From Planctomycetota bacterium (GTDB lineage: Bacteria; Planctomycetota; UBA1135; UBA2386), in assembly GCA_947501605.1 (NCBI GenBank), contig CANMWZ010000007.1, forward strand, positions 1 to 64,000: a stretch of DNA of 64,000 nt. Direction: 5' to 3'. The position numbers and the translations under genes were made by a program. Positions within the stretch are counted from its first letter, which is position 1; every line of letters starts with the position of its first letter. Below are positions 1-11,011 of this stretch, one piece after another. The notes beneath the pieces were generated by a model. That model did no database searches. It saw nothing but the letters and a program-made list of their open reading frames with translations, and had not been told where the DNA came from.

Positions 1-49
1 TTGCCCCGCGCGCCAAGTAGACACGCACTGCCGTCGGCAAGCTCAGCAT
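1..49 (-). CDS. tnpB: IS66 accessory protein TnpB (Orf2), 5' fragment, runs off the window
   Basis: ATG at 49 overlaps the tnpA stop (ATGCTGA). Translates MLSLPTAVRVYLARGA, the typical IS66 TnpB N-terminus. Confidence 0.8.
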   Translation of the reverse strand, partial: MLSLPTAVRVYLARGA

Positions 50-360
50 GACCGGGCCAGTGCCGCCAATACGCGGCCCAGATCGCCGTCATCGAAGCCG
101 CGTGGCAGACGCAATACTATGTCGTCGCGCAAGACGATCTCGATCGCAGGTGGACGCTCGGTGGCCTTGGCAACGACCTCCACGACCTCCACGGGCACGA
201 GATCCAACGCATCCGCCGAACGGCGCCGCAGCCGACTGCGCCACCAGTAAACCGTCGCGGGAGAGAGGTCGTGCCTCGCCGCGAACTCGCGAACCGTCAG
301 CCCGCTCGACTCCTGCTCCTCGATCCACGCTCGCCACTTCGATTCCGTCGTCTTCGTCAT
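43..360 (-). CDS. tnpA: IS66 accessory protein TnpA (HTH)
   Basis: WRAWIEEQESSGLTVREFAARHDLSPATVYWWRSRL HTH and IEIVLRDDIVLRL C-terminal strands, both typical of IS66 TnpA. Confidence 0.88.
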   Translation of the reverse strand: MTKTTESKWRAWIEEQESSGLTVREFAARHDLSPATVYWWRSRLRRRSADALDLVPVEVVEVVAKATERPPAIEIVLRDDIVLRLPRGFDDGDLGRVLAALARSC

Positions 361-398
361 CCCGCGAATCGTGGGCGTGGAATCGGTGCCGAACAGAT

Positions 399-418
399 GG
401 TGTCTACCGGGTGCTTAC
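399..418 (-). repeat. IS66 left terminal inverted repeat (inner boundary approximate)
   Basis: GTAAGCAC... on the minus strand about 58 bp upstream of tnpA. The partner repeat is not in the window. Confidence 0.7.
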
Positions 419-720
419 TATGCGGTGGACGCAATCGGGCTGCCCCAGCTCCGCGTTGCCGCCAACTTCGGCGCCGAGGACCAGCCGAGGATCATCTGGC
501 TGGCGGTTCCTGGGCGGCGTTGGTCGTACCGGCGGGAGGCGGTCGACTTGCGCCCGTCATGGCGCGATGGCCGACGTGCCGGCCGCACCTACTGGGGTGT
601 TGCGAAACCACTTCTAGACAGCCCGGCCCATCCATCTCGTTGGCGGTTCTCCTGTCCGCCATCCGCAGTGGGTGCGCAATGGACCTCGCTCGCAGGCCAC
701 CGGGGACACTGATTCACCGT

Positions 721-755
721 CGGCGCGCGGCGCCGGACCGGGTGACCGCGCGCCG
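721..755. terminator. GC-rich hairpin downstream of the multicopper oxidase, possible terminator
   Basis: CGGCGCGCGG (721-730) and CCGCGCGCCG (746-755) form a perfect 10-bp inverted repeat. No strong U tract follows. Confidence 0.35.
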
Positions 756-781
756 GTTCTCAATCGGCCGCTGCCGTTGGC

Positions 782-3250
<2,469 letters not shown>

Positions 3251-3396
3251 AAGACTGTCAGAATGCAGTCGCTGGCCGAGCGCTGCGTTGCCGTCGAGAG
3301 AAGGTACTGCTCGTTGAAGGTACGAAGCTACGGAAGGAATCATGAGGTGCGCTGTGGTTACAGCCGGATGAGGGCTGTCGGGATATGCGTGTCAGA

Positions 3397-3455
3397 TGCG
3401 CTAGTCTGGGGTCGAGACTGACGCACTGCGCTAGTCTGGGGTCAGGACTCGCGCA
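3397..3455. repeat. Two imperfectly palindromic 29-bp units in tandem (30-bp period)
   Basis: TGCGCTAGTCTGGGGTC is identical at 3397-3413 and 3427-3443. Each unit has the form TGCG..AGTC..GACT..CGCA. Confidence 0.85.
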
Positions 3456-4015
3456 TACGACAACAGGAGTAGGGGCAACCTAATTGCAAGCGCTTTTGGC
3501 GTCAAGTGGAGGTCCCTAGGAGGAGGTGGTGGCGTTGCTTTGGGTTGGCACTACGGGGCAGCGGTCTACTGCGCAGGCTGTTGGACGTGATCGAAGTTGC
3601 GTTTGAGGGAAAGCAGCGTGAAGCACGACGGCAATGTCGTTGTTCCGCATTTGCTCCATGCGACGCTGAGGCCCATTCGCGGCCTACAAGTGGTTTCACA
3701 ACACCCAGGCGGTTGCGGCCCGTAGGTCGGTCGATGCGCTGCACCGCGAAGTCGTGGCGGAATCCACGGATTGCGCTACGAGCTCGCTCAGTGCTCTCGA
3801 GCTTCGTTGCTCGAAGCTGCTCGTAGACCAATCGGGAAACCACTGCTGACATGCGGCCGGAACCTCTGAGGAATGCCAATCAAGTTCGCTCCTCACTCCC
3901 ATCCAGATGCAGCAGTGACAACGACAGCTACAGATCTTGTGGCACCGGCTACCTGCAGTTGGCTTGCGGCGCAGCGAGCCAGGGTGGGCCCGCTGGACGT
4001 GGAGGCCCGCCTAGC

Positions 4016-5158
4016 TCACACGCTCGCGGTCGGGATCTCTTCGTAGACCGTCGTGCGCTGAACTGGCTCGTAGCCTGCTTCGCGGATCAAGTGCTGAAGT
4101 TCGAAGGCAGTCAGCGCCTGAGGCTCCGTCGTGCCGGCGTCGTGGGTGATTTTCTCTTCGGTCACGGTGCCGTCGAGGTCGTTCGCGCCGAACGAGAGGG
4201 CGGTTTGCGCGGACTCCTGCGTCAGCATGATCCAGTAGGCCTTGATGTGCGGGAAGTTGTCGAGCATCAACCGACCGACTGCGATGCTGCGCTGGTCGAG
4301 ATGGCCCGTGGTGACGTGGCCAAAGTTCTGGAGGTCGGTGTGGTAGGGCCAAAAGGCGAGCGGGATGTAGGCCATGAATCCGCCGCACTCGTCCTGCAGT
4401 TCGCGCAAGCGCATGAGATGCGTGACGCGCTCCTCGGCGCGCTCGATGTGTCCGTACAACATCGTCGCGTTCATCTTGAAGCCGTGTTGCTGGACCTTGC
4501 GCGCCGTTTGGAGCCAGCGATCGGGGCCCATCTTTTCGCGGAAAACAGCTTTGTGGACCCGGTCGACGAGCACCTCGGCACCGCCACCTGGGCAACTGCC
4601 GAGTCCGGCATCGCGCAGGTCGGCAAAGACCTCGTCCTCGGTCTTGCCCGAGATGTTGAGCATGTGCTCGATCTCGACCATCGTGAAAGCCTTGACGTGG
4701 ATGTCAGGTCTAGCGCGCTTTGCCGCGCGAACCACGTCGAGGTAATACTCGTAGGGCATCGTCGGGTGGATGCCCGCGACCATGTGCACCTCGGTGACCG
4801 GGCGGTGCAGTTGTTCGCGCACCTTCTGCTCAACGATCGCAGGTGTCATCAAGTAGGCGCGCTCTTCACCTTCCTTGGCCGCAAACGCGCAGAACTTGCA
4901 GCTGTAGATGCAGACGTTCGTGTAGTTGACGTGCTGGTTGACGTTGAAGTAGGTCTTGCGGCCATGCTTCTGCACCCGCACGCGGTGGGCCAGGAGACCA
5001 ACGGCGGCGAGGTGGGGCGTTTCGTAGAGGCGAACGCCGTCCGCAAAGGAAAGGCGCTCTCCGGCTCGGACCTTGTGATCGATGTCGCCAAGCCCGGCGT
5101 GGGAGATCAGTCTGGTCGCCAGGCTCTCGTCGAGGTGGGCGTAGGCGAAGTCCATCAT
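4016..5158 (-). CDS. mqnE: Aminofutalosine synthase (radical SAM, CofH/MqnE family)
   Basis: NYTNVCIYSCKFCAF, PGGGAE, TMLYGHIE, HIKAYWIML and ANDLDGTVTEEKI motifs. Translationally coupled to mqnC. Confidence 0.9.
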   Translation of the reverse strand: MMDFAYAHLDESLATRLISHAGLGDIDHKVRAGERLSFADGVRLYETPHLAAVGLLAHRVRVQKHGRKTYFNVNQHVNYTNVCIYSCKFCAFAAKEGEERAYLMTPAIVEQKVREQLHRPVTEVHMVAGIHPTMPYEYYLDVVRAAKRARPDIHVKAFTMVEIEHMLNISGKTEDEVFADLRDAGLGSCPGGGAEVLVDRVHKAVFREKMGPDRWLQTARKVQQHGFKMNATMLYGHIERAEERVTHLMRLRELQDECGGFMAYIPLAFWPYHTDLQNFGHVTTGHLDQRSIAVGRLMLDNFPHIKAYWIMLTQESAQTALSFGANDLDGTVTEEKITHDAGTTEPQALTAFELQHLIREAGYEPVQRTTVYEEIPTASV

Positions 5159-6351
5159 GCGTTGGCCTCCGACACGACGGCCTTCTTCTGTCCCGGCGGG
5201 TTGCCAAACCGGTCGGTTGGCGGTGTCGCAACTGGTTCGTACATCATGTTGCGCCGCTGCGGTACGAAGCCGGCGTCCTTGATGTGTCGTTCGATCTCAG
5301 GGATCGAGGTTGGGTGGGTGCAGCCGGCGGAGCTGACGACGTTTTCCTCGAGCATTGCCGAGCCAAAGTCGTCGGCGCCCATCGACAGGCCGATCTGGCA
5401 GGTCTTCATTCCTTGCGTCACGAAGCTCGATTGGATGTGCGGCACGTTCTGCAGGTAGAGGCGCGACAGGCTGAGCGTGCGCAGATATTCAGCCACGGTC
5501 GTCTTCTTGCCGCCGTTTGGTTGCAGCATCTGGTCGCCCATCACGGTGTTCTCTGGTTGGAATGTCCACGGGATGAAGGCCGTGAACACGGCGCACTCGT
5601 CCTGGAGCTCGCGGATGCGCGTCAGGTGCTCGATGCGTTCGTGGTCGTTCTCGACGTGACCGAACATCATCGTCGCAGTGCCTTTGCCGCCAAGCGCTGC
5701 CCACTGGCGAAAGACCTCGAGCCATTCTTCGGTCGTGGCCTTCTTGGGGGCGATGATCTGGCGCACGCGCTCCACCAGGATCTCGGCGCCACCGCCAGGA
5801 ATGCTGTCGAGGCCGGCAGCCCTGAGGTCGGCGAGGATCTCACGCACCGGGCGCTTCTCGAGCTTGCTCAGGTGGGTGATCTCGGGCGGGCTCATGCCGT
5901 GGATCCAGACCTGGGGGTAGCGTCGCTTCAGGTCGGTGAACAAGGACGCGAACCACTCGCTCGTGAGCTTGGGATGGTGACCGCCTTGCAGCAGCACTTG
6001 GATGCCGCCCTTCTGCACCAGTTCTTCGACTTTCTGGTAGATGACCTCGCGCGGCAGCACGTAACCCTCGGCATCGCCGGGCCGGCGGTAGAAGGCGCAG
6101 AACCCGCAGTCCGTAACGCACACGTTGGTCGGGTTCAGGTTTCGATCGACGATGTACGTTGCGCGCGGCTTGCCATCCGCATGCACCGGGTGCAGGCGCA
6201 TGCGCACGTCGTTGGCGAGGAGGCCGAGCGACGGTTGGTCGAGGCCGCGGTAGAGCACGAGGGCTTCGGCCGCGGACAGGGCGCCGCCGGCAACTGCCTT
6301 CTCGCTGTGGTCGCGAAGGCGTACGGGATCAAGGACTGCCGGGGAAGTCAT
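5155..6351 (-). CDS. mqnC: Cyclic dehypoxanthine futalosine synthase (radical SAM)
   Basis: TYIVDRNLNPTNVCVTDCGFCAFYR, QVLLQGG, TMMFGHVE, FIPWTFQPENT and DDFGSAMLEENVVSSAG motifs. True start is likely ATG 6351, not 7230. Confidence 0.9.
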   Translation of the reverse strand: MTSPAVLDPVRLRDHSEKAVAGGALSAAEALVLYRGLDQPSLGLLANDVRMRLHPVHADGKPRATYIVDRNLNPTNVCVTDCGFCAFYRRPGDAEGYVLPREVIYQKVEELVQKGGIQVLLQGGHHPKLTSEWFASLFTDLKRRYPQVWIHGMSPPEITHLSKLEKRPVREILADLRAAGLDSIPGGGAEILVERVRQIIAPKKATTEEWLEVFRQWAALGGKGTATMMFGHVENDHERIEHLTRIRELQDECAVFTAFIPWTFQPENTVMGDQMLQPNGGKKTTVAEYLRTLSLSRLYLQNVPHIQSSFVTQGMKTCQIGLSMGADDFGSAMLEENVVSSAGCTHPTSIPEIERHIKDAGFVPQRRNMMYEPVATPPTDRFGNPPGQKKAVVSEANA

Positions 6352-6490
6352 GGGTGGGGGAGGAGGGTAGGACGAGCGGGCTCGCGGTTGAAGAGCGGGC
6401 GCGTGCTTCTGTTGCCGCGGGCATCGGTCTCTGTTGGCCGAGGGGCGGAAGCTGGGGTTCGGCCGAAGGGCCCGCCCGGTTGCGGTCGGT

Positions 6491-6976
6491 TCAGCGCCCC
6501 TCGTTTGCGTCCGGGACGCGCTGCCAGTGGAACTCCAGACGCTGCGTGCTGCCGTCGCCGGCGTCCACGACGGCGTGCATCGCCTCGCCTGTGCGCACGT
6601 AGAGAATGCGCTTGGGAAAGTCGTGCTCTGGGTTGGTGAACGTGGCGGTGCCGGGCGCCGAGGCCACCAGCCGAAAGCGTGTGCTCCTGCCCGGGCCATG
6701 ACTGGCCTCGTAGTCGATGGCGTCGCCTTCCAGGTAGAGGCAGAGGAGTTCGAAGGCGGCCAGCTTGCCTGCTCGAGTCGAGCGGTTGACGCCGTGCATT
6801 GTGGCTCCGGCGGGTTCTGCCCAGGCCTCCTCGTTGACCTCGCCCTTGGTTTCGCTGCGCCAGGTACCGCTGAGAAAGCGCACCGCGGCAAACGGATCGG
6901 GAGTTCGACTCGGCTCGGGGGCGCCGGCGCAGGCGGCGAGTAGCAGACCAAAGCACGTTGCGGGGCGTAGTGACAT
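6491..6976 (-). CDS. DUF6265-like lipoprotein
   Basis: Lipobox LLAAC. FLSGTW...EEAWAEPAGATMHG and FTNPEHDFPKRILY motifs resemble DUF6265. Confidence 0.75.
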   Translation of the reverse strand: MSLRPATCFGLLLAACAGAPEPSRTPDPFAAVRFLSGTWRSETKGEVNEEAWAEPAGATMHGVNRSTRAGKLAAFELLCLYLEGDAIDYEASHGPGRSTRFRLVASAPGTATFTNPEHDFPKRILYVRTGEAMHAVVDAGDGSTQRLEFHWQRVPDANEGR

Positions 6977-7078
6977 CGCCGGAGTGTGCCCCTGGGGCTG
7001 AGCACCGGCAACCACTCAAGCCTGTTCCGATCGACTGCCGAGCCCTCGACCGCCGTCGCGCGGTATCCTCGGTCGCCC

Positions 7079-9325
7079 ATGCGCTTGCTCCTCACGCCGC
7101 TCATCGTGCTCGTCGCGACCGTGCCCTTGCGCAGCCAGCAGGAGCCGGAAGCTTCCTGCTGCCACGAGGAGCATCCGGTGCTGCTGCCATTGCCGTCGGA
7201 CGCCACGGACAAGGAGCGTTGGTTGCGCAAGATTCACGATGACGCGCCGAACGATGCCAGCAACATCTATCTTTCGACCCGTTATCTCGACGAATGGCGC
7301 ACTCGGCTCGCGGCGCTGCCTCCCGACGCATCGTTGACCGATCGCTTTTCGCTGCGCTGGTCGCTGTCACTCGGGCTGGTGCGCATCGGCGAGCTTGAAG
7401 AGGCCATTGCGCTGTGCGCCCAGTGCCTGGAATTGTGTGAGGCCAACCCGGAGGCGGCCAAGAGTTGGTTGCCCGAGGTTCTCTTCCGGCTTGCAGCGGC
7501 GCACTTCCGGCTGGCGGAACGCAGCAACTGCATTGCCCGCCACAACGCGGAGAGCTGCATCTTCCCGCTGTCGGCTGCGGCCGTGCATGCGGATCGCCGC
7601 GGCGCCGAGGCCGCGCGCGATCTGCTGGTGCGATTGCTCCAGACGGAAGGGAGCGATCTACGGCTCGAAGCGACGTGGCTGTTGAATATCGCCCATATGG
7701 CACTTGGTAGCTGGCCGGAGAGCGTGCCGCCGGAGTATCGCATTTCGGCGGCGGCATTGACCCCTGAGGTGGAGTTGCCGCGCTTTCGCGAACGCGGCGG
7801 CGAGCTCGGGCTGTCGCCTCACACGCGGGCCGGCAGCGTCGTGCTCGACGACTTCACCGGCGACGGCCGCCTTGACGTGCTGCTGTGCTCGATGGACCTC
7901 GACCGGCCCCTGCGACTCTCGCGCAATGACGGCGATGGGAGCTTTACCGACGTCACCGAGGTGGCGGGGCTGTCGCGTCAACTCGGCGGTTCAGCTGTCG
8001 TGCAGGCGGACGTGGACAACGACGGTCGCCTCGATGTCTTGGTGCTGCGCGGCGGCGGCATGTTCTCGAGCTCGGCTTTTCCGTGCTCCTTGCTGCGGCA
8101 GGATCAGCCCGGCCACTTCGTCGACGTGACGGCGGCCGCGGGTATCGAGGTCGCGGCCCCGACGCGATCGGCGGCGTTTGCGGACATCGATCGCGACGGC
8201 GACCTGGATCTCTTCGTCGGCTACGAGTCGGAGCGCCTCGCCGCTGGCGTGCGCTTCCCGAGCCGGCTCTACCGCAACGACGGCACCGGCCGATTTCTCG
8301 AAGTGTCGCAGGCGGCGGGGCTAGACAGCTCAGATCGCGTTGTCGGCGCCGTCTTCGGCGACGTCGACAACGATGGCGACGCCGACCTTTTCGTGTCGAA
8401 CTTCCTGGCCAAGAACCGCCTGTTCATCAATCGCGGGGACGGGACGTTCGTCGAAGAAGCCAAAGCGCGTGGGGTCGACGGTCCGGACGCGAGCGGCCCA
8501 TGCGGCTTCTTTGACCACGACAATGACGGCGACTTGGACCTCTTGGTCACCTATCAGCATCACTATCGCCAGATCCGTTCCGTCGCGGCATTCTACATCG
8601 ACCACGCTGTCGAGGACGAAGCGCAGCGGTTGTACGAGAATGACGGCAACGGTCACTTCGTCGATGTCGCGGCGCAGCGAGGAATGCGGCGCGTGCTCAT
8701 GGCAACGGGTGTCAACTTTGGCGATGTCGACGCCGACGGCAACCAAGATGTGTATGTGGCGACCGGCGCCCACGACTTGGCGGCGCTGTTTCCCAATGTG
8801 TTGCTGCTCGGTGGCGCCCGGTTCCGCGACGCGACCTTTGCCGCCGGCGTGGGGCACCTGCAGAAGGGCAATGGCGTGGCCTTTGGCGATCTCGACGACG
8901 ATGGCGATCTCGACCTCGTCTGCCAAGTCGGGGGCTACTTCCAGGATGACTCGTTCGGCGACGTCTGTTTTGAGAACCCGGGCCACGGTCGACATTGGCT
9001 GACGTTGGACCTGGTCGGTGCCACCGACAACCGATTCGGCGTCGGGGCGCGGATCACGGCGGTCGTGGCGTCAGCGGATGGGACCGAGCGGCGAGTCCGA
9101 ACGACAGTGGGGTCAGGGGCGTCCTTGGGTTGCAATCCGCTGCGCGCATTCTTGGGTCTCGGCGATGCACACGTGCTGCGATCGCTGGAGATTGTGTGGC
9201 CTGCGACTGGGGGCGTGCAGCGCCTCGAAGGCGTGGCTATGGGTGGAGCGATCCGGGTGCGGCAGGGGCAGGACCGGTGGGAGCAGGTCGATCGGCCGGC
9301 GGTGCGGCTAGGTGGCAAAAGGTGA
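7079..9325 (+). CDS. Secreted CRTAC1-family protein (TPR + FG-GAP/VCBS repeats + ASPIC/UnbV)
   Basis: Signal peptide, repeated DxDxDGxLD motifs, HLQKGNGVAFGD, and C-terminal NRFGVGARITAV...GLG...LEIVWP. Confidence 0.88.
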   Translation: MRLLLTPLIVLVATVPLRSQQEPEASCCHEEHPVLLPLPSDATDKERWLRKIHDDAPNDASNIYLSTRYLDEWRTRLAALPPDASLTDRFSLRWSLSLGLVRIGELEEAIALCAQCLELCEANPEAAKSWLPEVLFRLAAAHFRLAERSNCIARHNAESCIFPLSAAAVHADRRGAEAARDLLVRLLQTEGSDLRLEATWLLNIAHMALGSWPESVPPEYRISAAALTPEVELPRFRERGGELGLSPHTRAGSVVLDDFTGDGRLDVLLCSMDLDRPLRLSRNDGDGSFTDVTEVAGLSRQLGGSAVVQADVDNDGRLDVLVLRGGGMFSSSAFPCSLLRQDQPGHFVDVTAAAGIEVAAPTRSAAFADIDRDGDLDLFVGYESERLAAGVRFPSRLYRNDGTGRFLEVSQAAGLDSSDRVVGAVFGDVDNDGDADLFVSNFLAKNRLFINRGDGTFVEEAKARGVDGPDASGPCGFFDHDNDGDLDLLVTYQHHYRQIRSVAAFYIDHAVEDEAQRLYENDGNGHFVDVAAQRGMRRVLMATGVNFGDVDADGNQDVYVATGAHDLAALFPNVLLLGGARFRDATFAAGVGHLQKGNGVAFGDLDDDGDLDLVCQVGGYFQDDSFGDVCFENPGHGRHWLTLDLVGATDNRFGVGARITAVVASADGTERRVRTTVGSGASLGCNPLRAFLGLGDAHVLRSLEIVWPATGGVQRLEGVAMGGAIRVRQGQDRWEQVDRPAVRLGGKR

Positions 9326-9384
9326 CGGAAAGGGCAGCGGGGGATGGAACTTTTCGCGAATGCGGCACGTCCCCTGCCTGTGCA

Positions 9385-9410
9385 CTTGACCGGGCCCCCG
9401 TCGTGCGTAC
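9385..9410 (+). promoter_or_regulatory. Putative promoter CTTGA-N14-TGCGTAC, copy 1
   Basis: The same motif, spacing and distance to the start codon recur at 10203-10228 upstream of the paralogous gene. Confidence 0.5.
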
Positions 9411-9471
9411 GAAGGCGATCTGACCGCAGCAACCCGCGGTCCGGTTCGTCGTGTGCGACCAGGAGTTTGCC

Positions 9472-9918
9472 GTGAGCCAGGAATCGGTGGCGTCCGTAGA
9501 GCCGGTGCCGACGCGCGTGCGAGGGCGCCGCAGTGCGCTGTTCGGCGTCTGTGTCGCATTTCTGGGAGGCGCGGGCTTTGGTGCTGTGAGCGGCTTCTTT
9601 GTCGGGCGGGCCGAGGAAGCCAGGGCCGAGGGCTCCGGCGAGGAGTTGGCGCAACTGCGCTGGCTCGCGACCGAGGCGTCCGAGGACGAGCTCGTGGCAC
9701 AAGCATGGGGCTTCTTGTTGCAGGTCAACTGCAACTACCGCGAAGACGAGGTCCTCTGGCGTGGGGTCGACCGGCTGGTGCACGCGTTGCCGGCGCGCGC
9801 TGCCGACAAGGAGACGCGCCGCATTGCGCGCTTTGCTGAGCAGGTCATTCAGGGTGCTCAGGAAGGTCGGCCGAACGAGGCCGCCGTGCTCCTTCGAGTT
9901 CTTGGGGGTGTGCAGTGA
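9472..9918 (+). CDS. Hypothetical membrane-anchored protein, paralog 1
   Basis: AGGAG RBS before GTG 9472. Twin Arg followed by a hydrophobic helix. EELAQLRWLA...DEVLWRGVDRL is shared with 10292-10738. Confidence 0.75.
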   Translation: MSQESVASVEPVPTRVRGRRSALFGVCVAFLGGAGFGAVSGFFVGRAEEARAEGSGEELAQLRWLATEASEDELVAQAWGFLLQVNCNYREDEVLWRGVDRLVHALPARAADKETRRIARFAEQVIQGAQEGRPNEAAVLLRVLGGVQ

Positions 9919-10048
9919 GACGACGTGCGCTGACCCTGGAAGCAGTTGCGGCGAGCGTCCGTGGCTGCGGCTGTGCCTCGCGGTCGTTGGCGACGCCCCG
10001 GGCTCTCCGCGGAAGCGCTAGCGCCGGTTCCGAGTCAGCTCGGTGCCC

Positions 10049-10081
10049 TCGACTGGGTCTTCGACTGGGCCCTCGACTGGG
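10049..10081. repeat. TCGACTGGG x3 with a 12-bp period
   Basis: Copies start at 10049, 10061 and 10073. Confidence 0.8.
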
Positions 10082-10202
10082 GTGGCTCGGCCCCGTCCGC
10101 CGACGAGGTGTGGGGCCCCTTCTGCGCGATCCTCGTGATGATGCCCCCTGCCCGGAGCGGAGGGATCGTCGCCAAGTTCTGACACAGCATTGGCGTGCCG
10201 AT

Positions 10203-10228
10203 CTTGAACGATCGGTGCGGATGCGTAC
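10203..10228 (+). promoter_or_regulatory. Putative promoter CTTGA-N14-TGCGTAC, copy 2
   Basis: Mirrors 9385-9410. The motif ends 64 nt before the start here versus 62 nt in copy 1. Confidence 0.5.
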
Positions 10229-10291
10229 CACTGCTGCCGTCCCTTCGCAGCGGCCCGCCAGAGGGTCCCTGTCCGTGCCAAGGAGTCTGCC

Positions 10292-10738
10292 TTGAAGCTC
10301 GAACCCGTCTACCTCGTCGAACCACTCCCCGAACCGGAGACGCGCTCGCGACGCGCGTTCCTCAGTGTCGGAATCGCGTTTGCGATCGGAGGTCTCGTTG
10401 GGTTCTACCCAGGCCTTCGGCTTGGCCGCGGGGAGGCTCGCGGCGCAAGTGGGGTGGATGAGGAGCTTGAGCACCTCCGGTGGCTTGCGGTAGAGGCGCC
10501 TGTGGCGGAACTGCGCGCTGAAGCTGGCTACTATCTCCACCTTCTCGGGTGGAAGTACTCAGACGAAGAGTTGCTCTGGAGAGGATTCGATCGTCTGGCC
10601 GCTGATTTGCTCGCGAGCCCTTCGACGCGAGAGCGGGTCGAGCTGGCGAAGTTTGCTAGTGCAGTTGCAGGTCAGTCAACTATCGGCGGGTCGGCCAGTC
10701 GCGCGCACTTGCTCGGGGCGCTTCGAGCGATCAAGTGA
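10292..10738 (+). CDS. Hypothetical membrane-anchored protein, paralog 2 (Tat-like SRRAFL)
   Basis: AGGAG RBS before TTG. SRRAFL followed by a hydrophobic helix. EELEHLRWLA...DEELLWRGFDRL. Confidence 0.75.
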   Translation: MKLEPVYLVEPLPEPETRSRRAFLSVGIAFAIGGLVGFYPGLRLGRGEARGASGVDEELEHLRWLAVEAPVAELRAEAGYYLHLLGWKYSDEELLWRGFDRLAADLLASPSTRERVELAKFASAVAGQSTIGGSASRAHLLGALRAIK

Positions 10739-11001
10739 TGCAGCAAGGCGGGGGCGAACTTAGGGGGCCTTCTTCGGCTCCTACGGGAACCACCATCGAG
10801 GTGACCGTTACCACGCCGGATGCGAGCGTTCAGGTGGTTGTTGGCGGGCTAGCACCCAAAACTTACCCCGTGCAGGACGGCAAAGTGCAGATCCCGGTTC
10901 CTGCTGAGGCGGCTCCCGGATCCTACTTCCGAGTTGTGGTTGGGAAGCGCAAGAGCTTTAAGTTCTTGCTGGTTGAAGTGACGGGAGCATTAACACCCTA
11001 G
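10735..11001 (+). CDS. Small beta-rich (Ig-like) hypothetical protein
   Basis: Start overlaps the upstream stop (GTGA). Alternating beta-strand patterns such as TIEVTVT, VQVVVG and FRVVVG. Confidence 0.65.
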   Translation: MMQQGGGELRGPSSAPTGTTIEVTVTTPDASVQVVVGGLAPKTYPVQDGKVQIPVPAEAAPGSYFRVVVGKRKSFKFLLVEVTGALTP

Positions 11002-11011
11002 CGGAGACATC

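Larger units (their letters stand above)
1..418 (-). mobile_element. IS66-family insertion sequence, left end (rest lies outside the window)
   Basis: tnpA followed by an overlapping tnpB start on the minus strand. The minus strand from 418 reads GTAAGCACCCGGTAGACACC, matching the GTAAGC start typical of IS66 terminal inverted repeats. Confidence 0.9.

Noticed and set aside
3397..3455. Possible mini-CRISPR array
   Set aside because: Only two adjacent units, no unique spacers and no cas genes.
3500..4010. Short ORFs, or a riboswitch/ncRNA, between the oxidase and mqnE
   Set aside because: No recognisable protein or RNA motif by eye. An Infernal/Rfam scan would be needed.
6352..7230. 293-aa N-terminal extension of mqnC in the ORF track
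   Set aside because: It overlaps the DUF6265-like gene and the CRTAC1 start. Family similarity begins at Met 6351.
9915..10295. 126-aa Arg-rich ORF bridging the two paralogs
   Set aside because: The composition is not protein-like, and the region holds the duplicated promoter and leader, so it is more likely non-coding.
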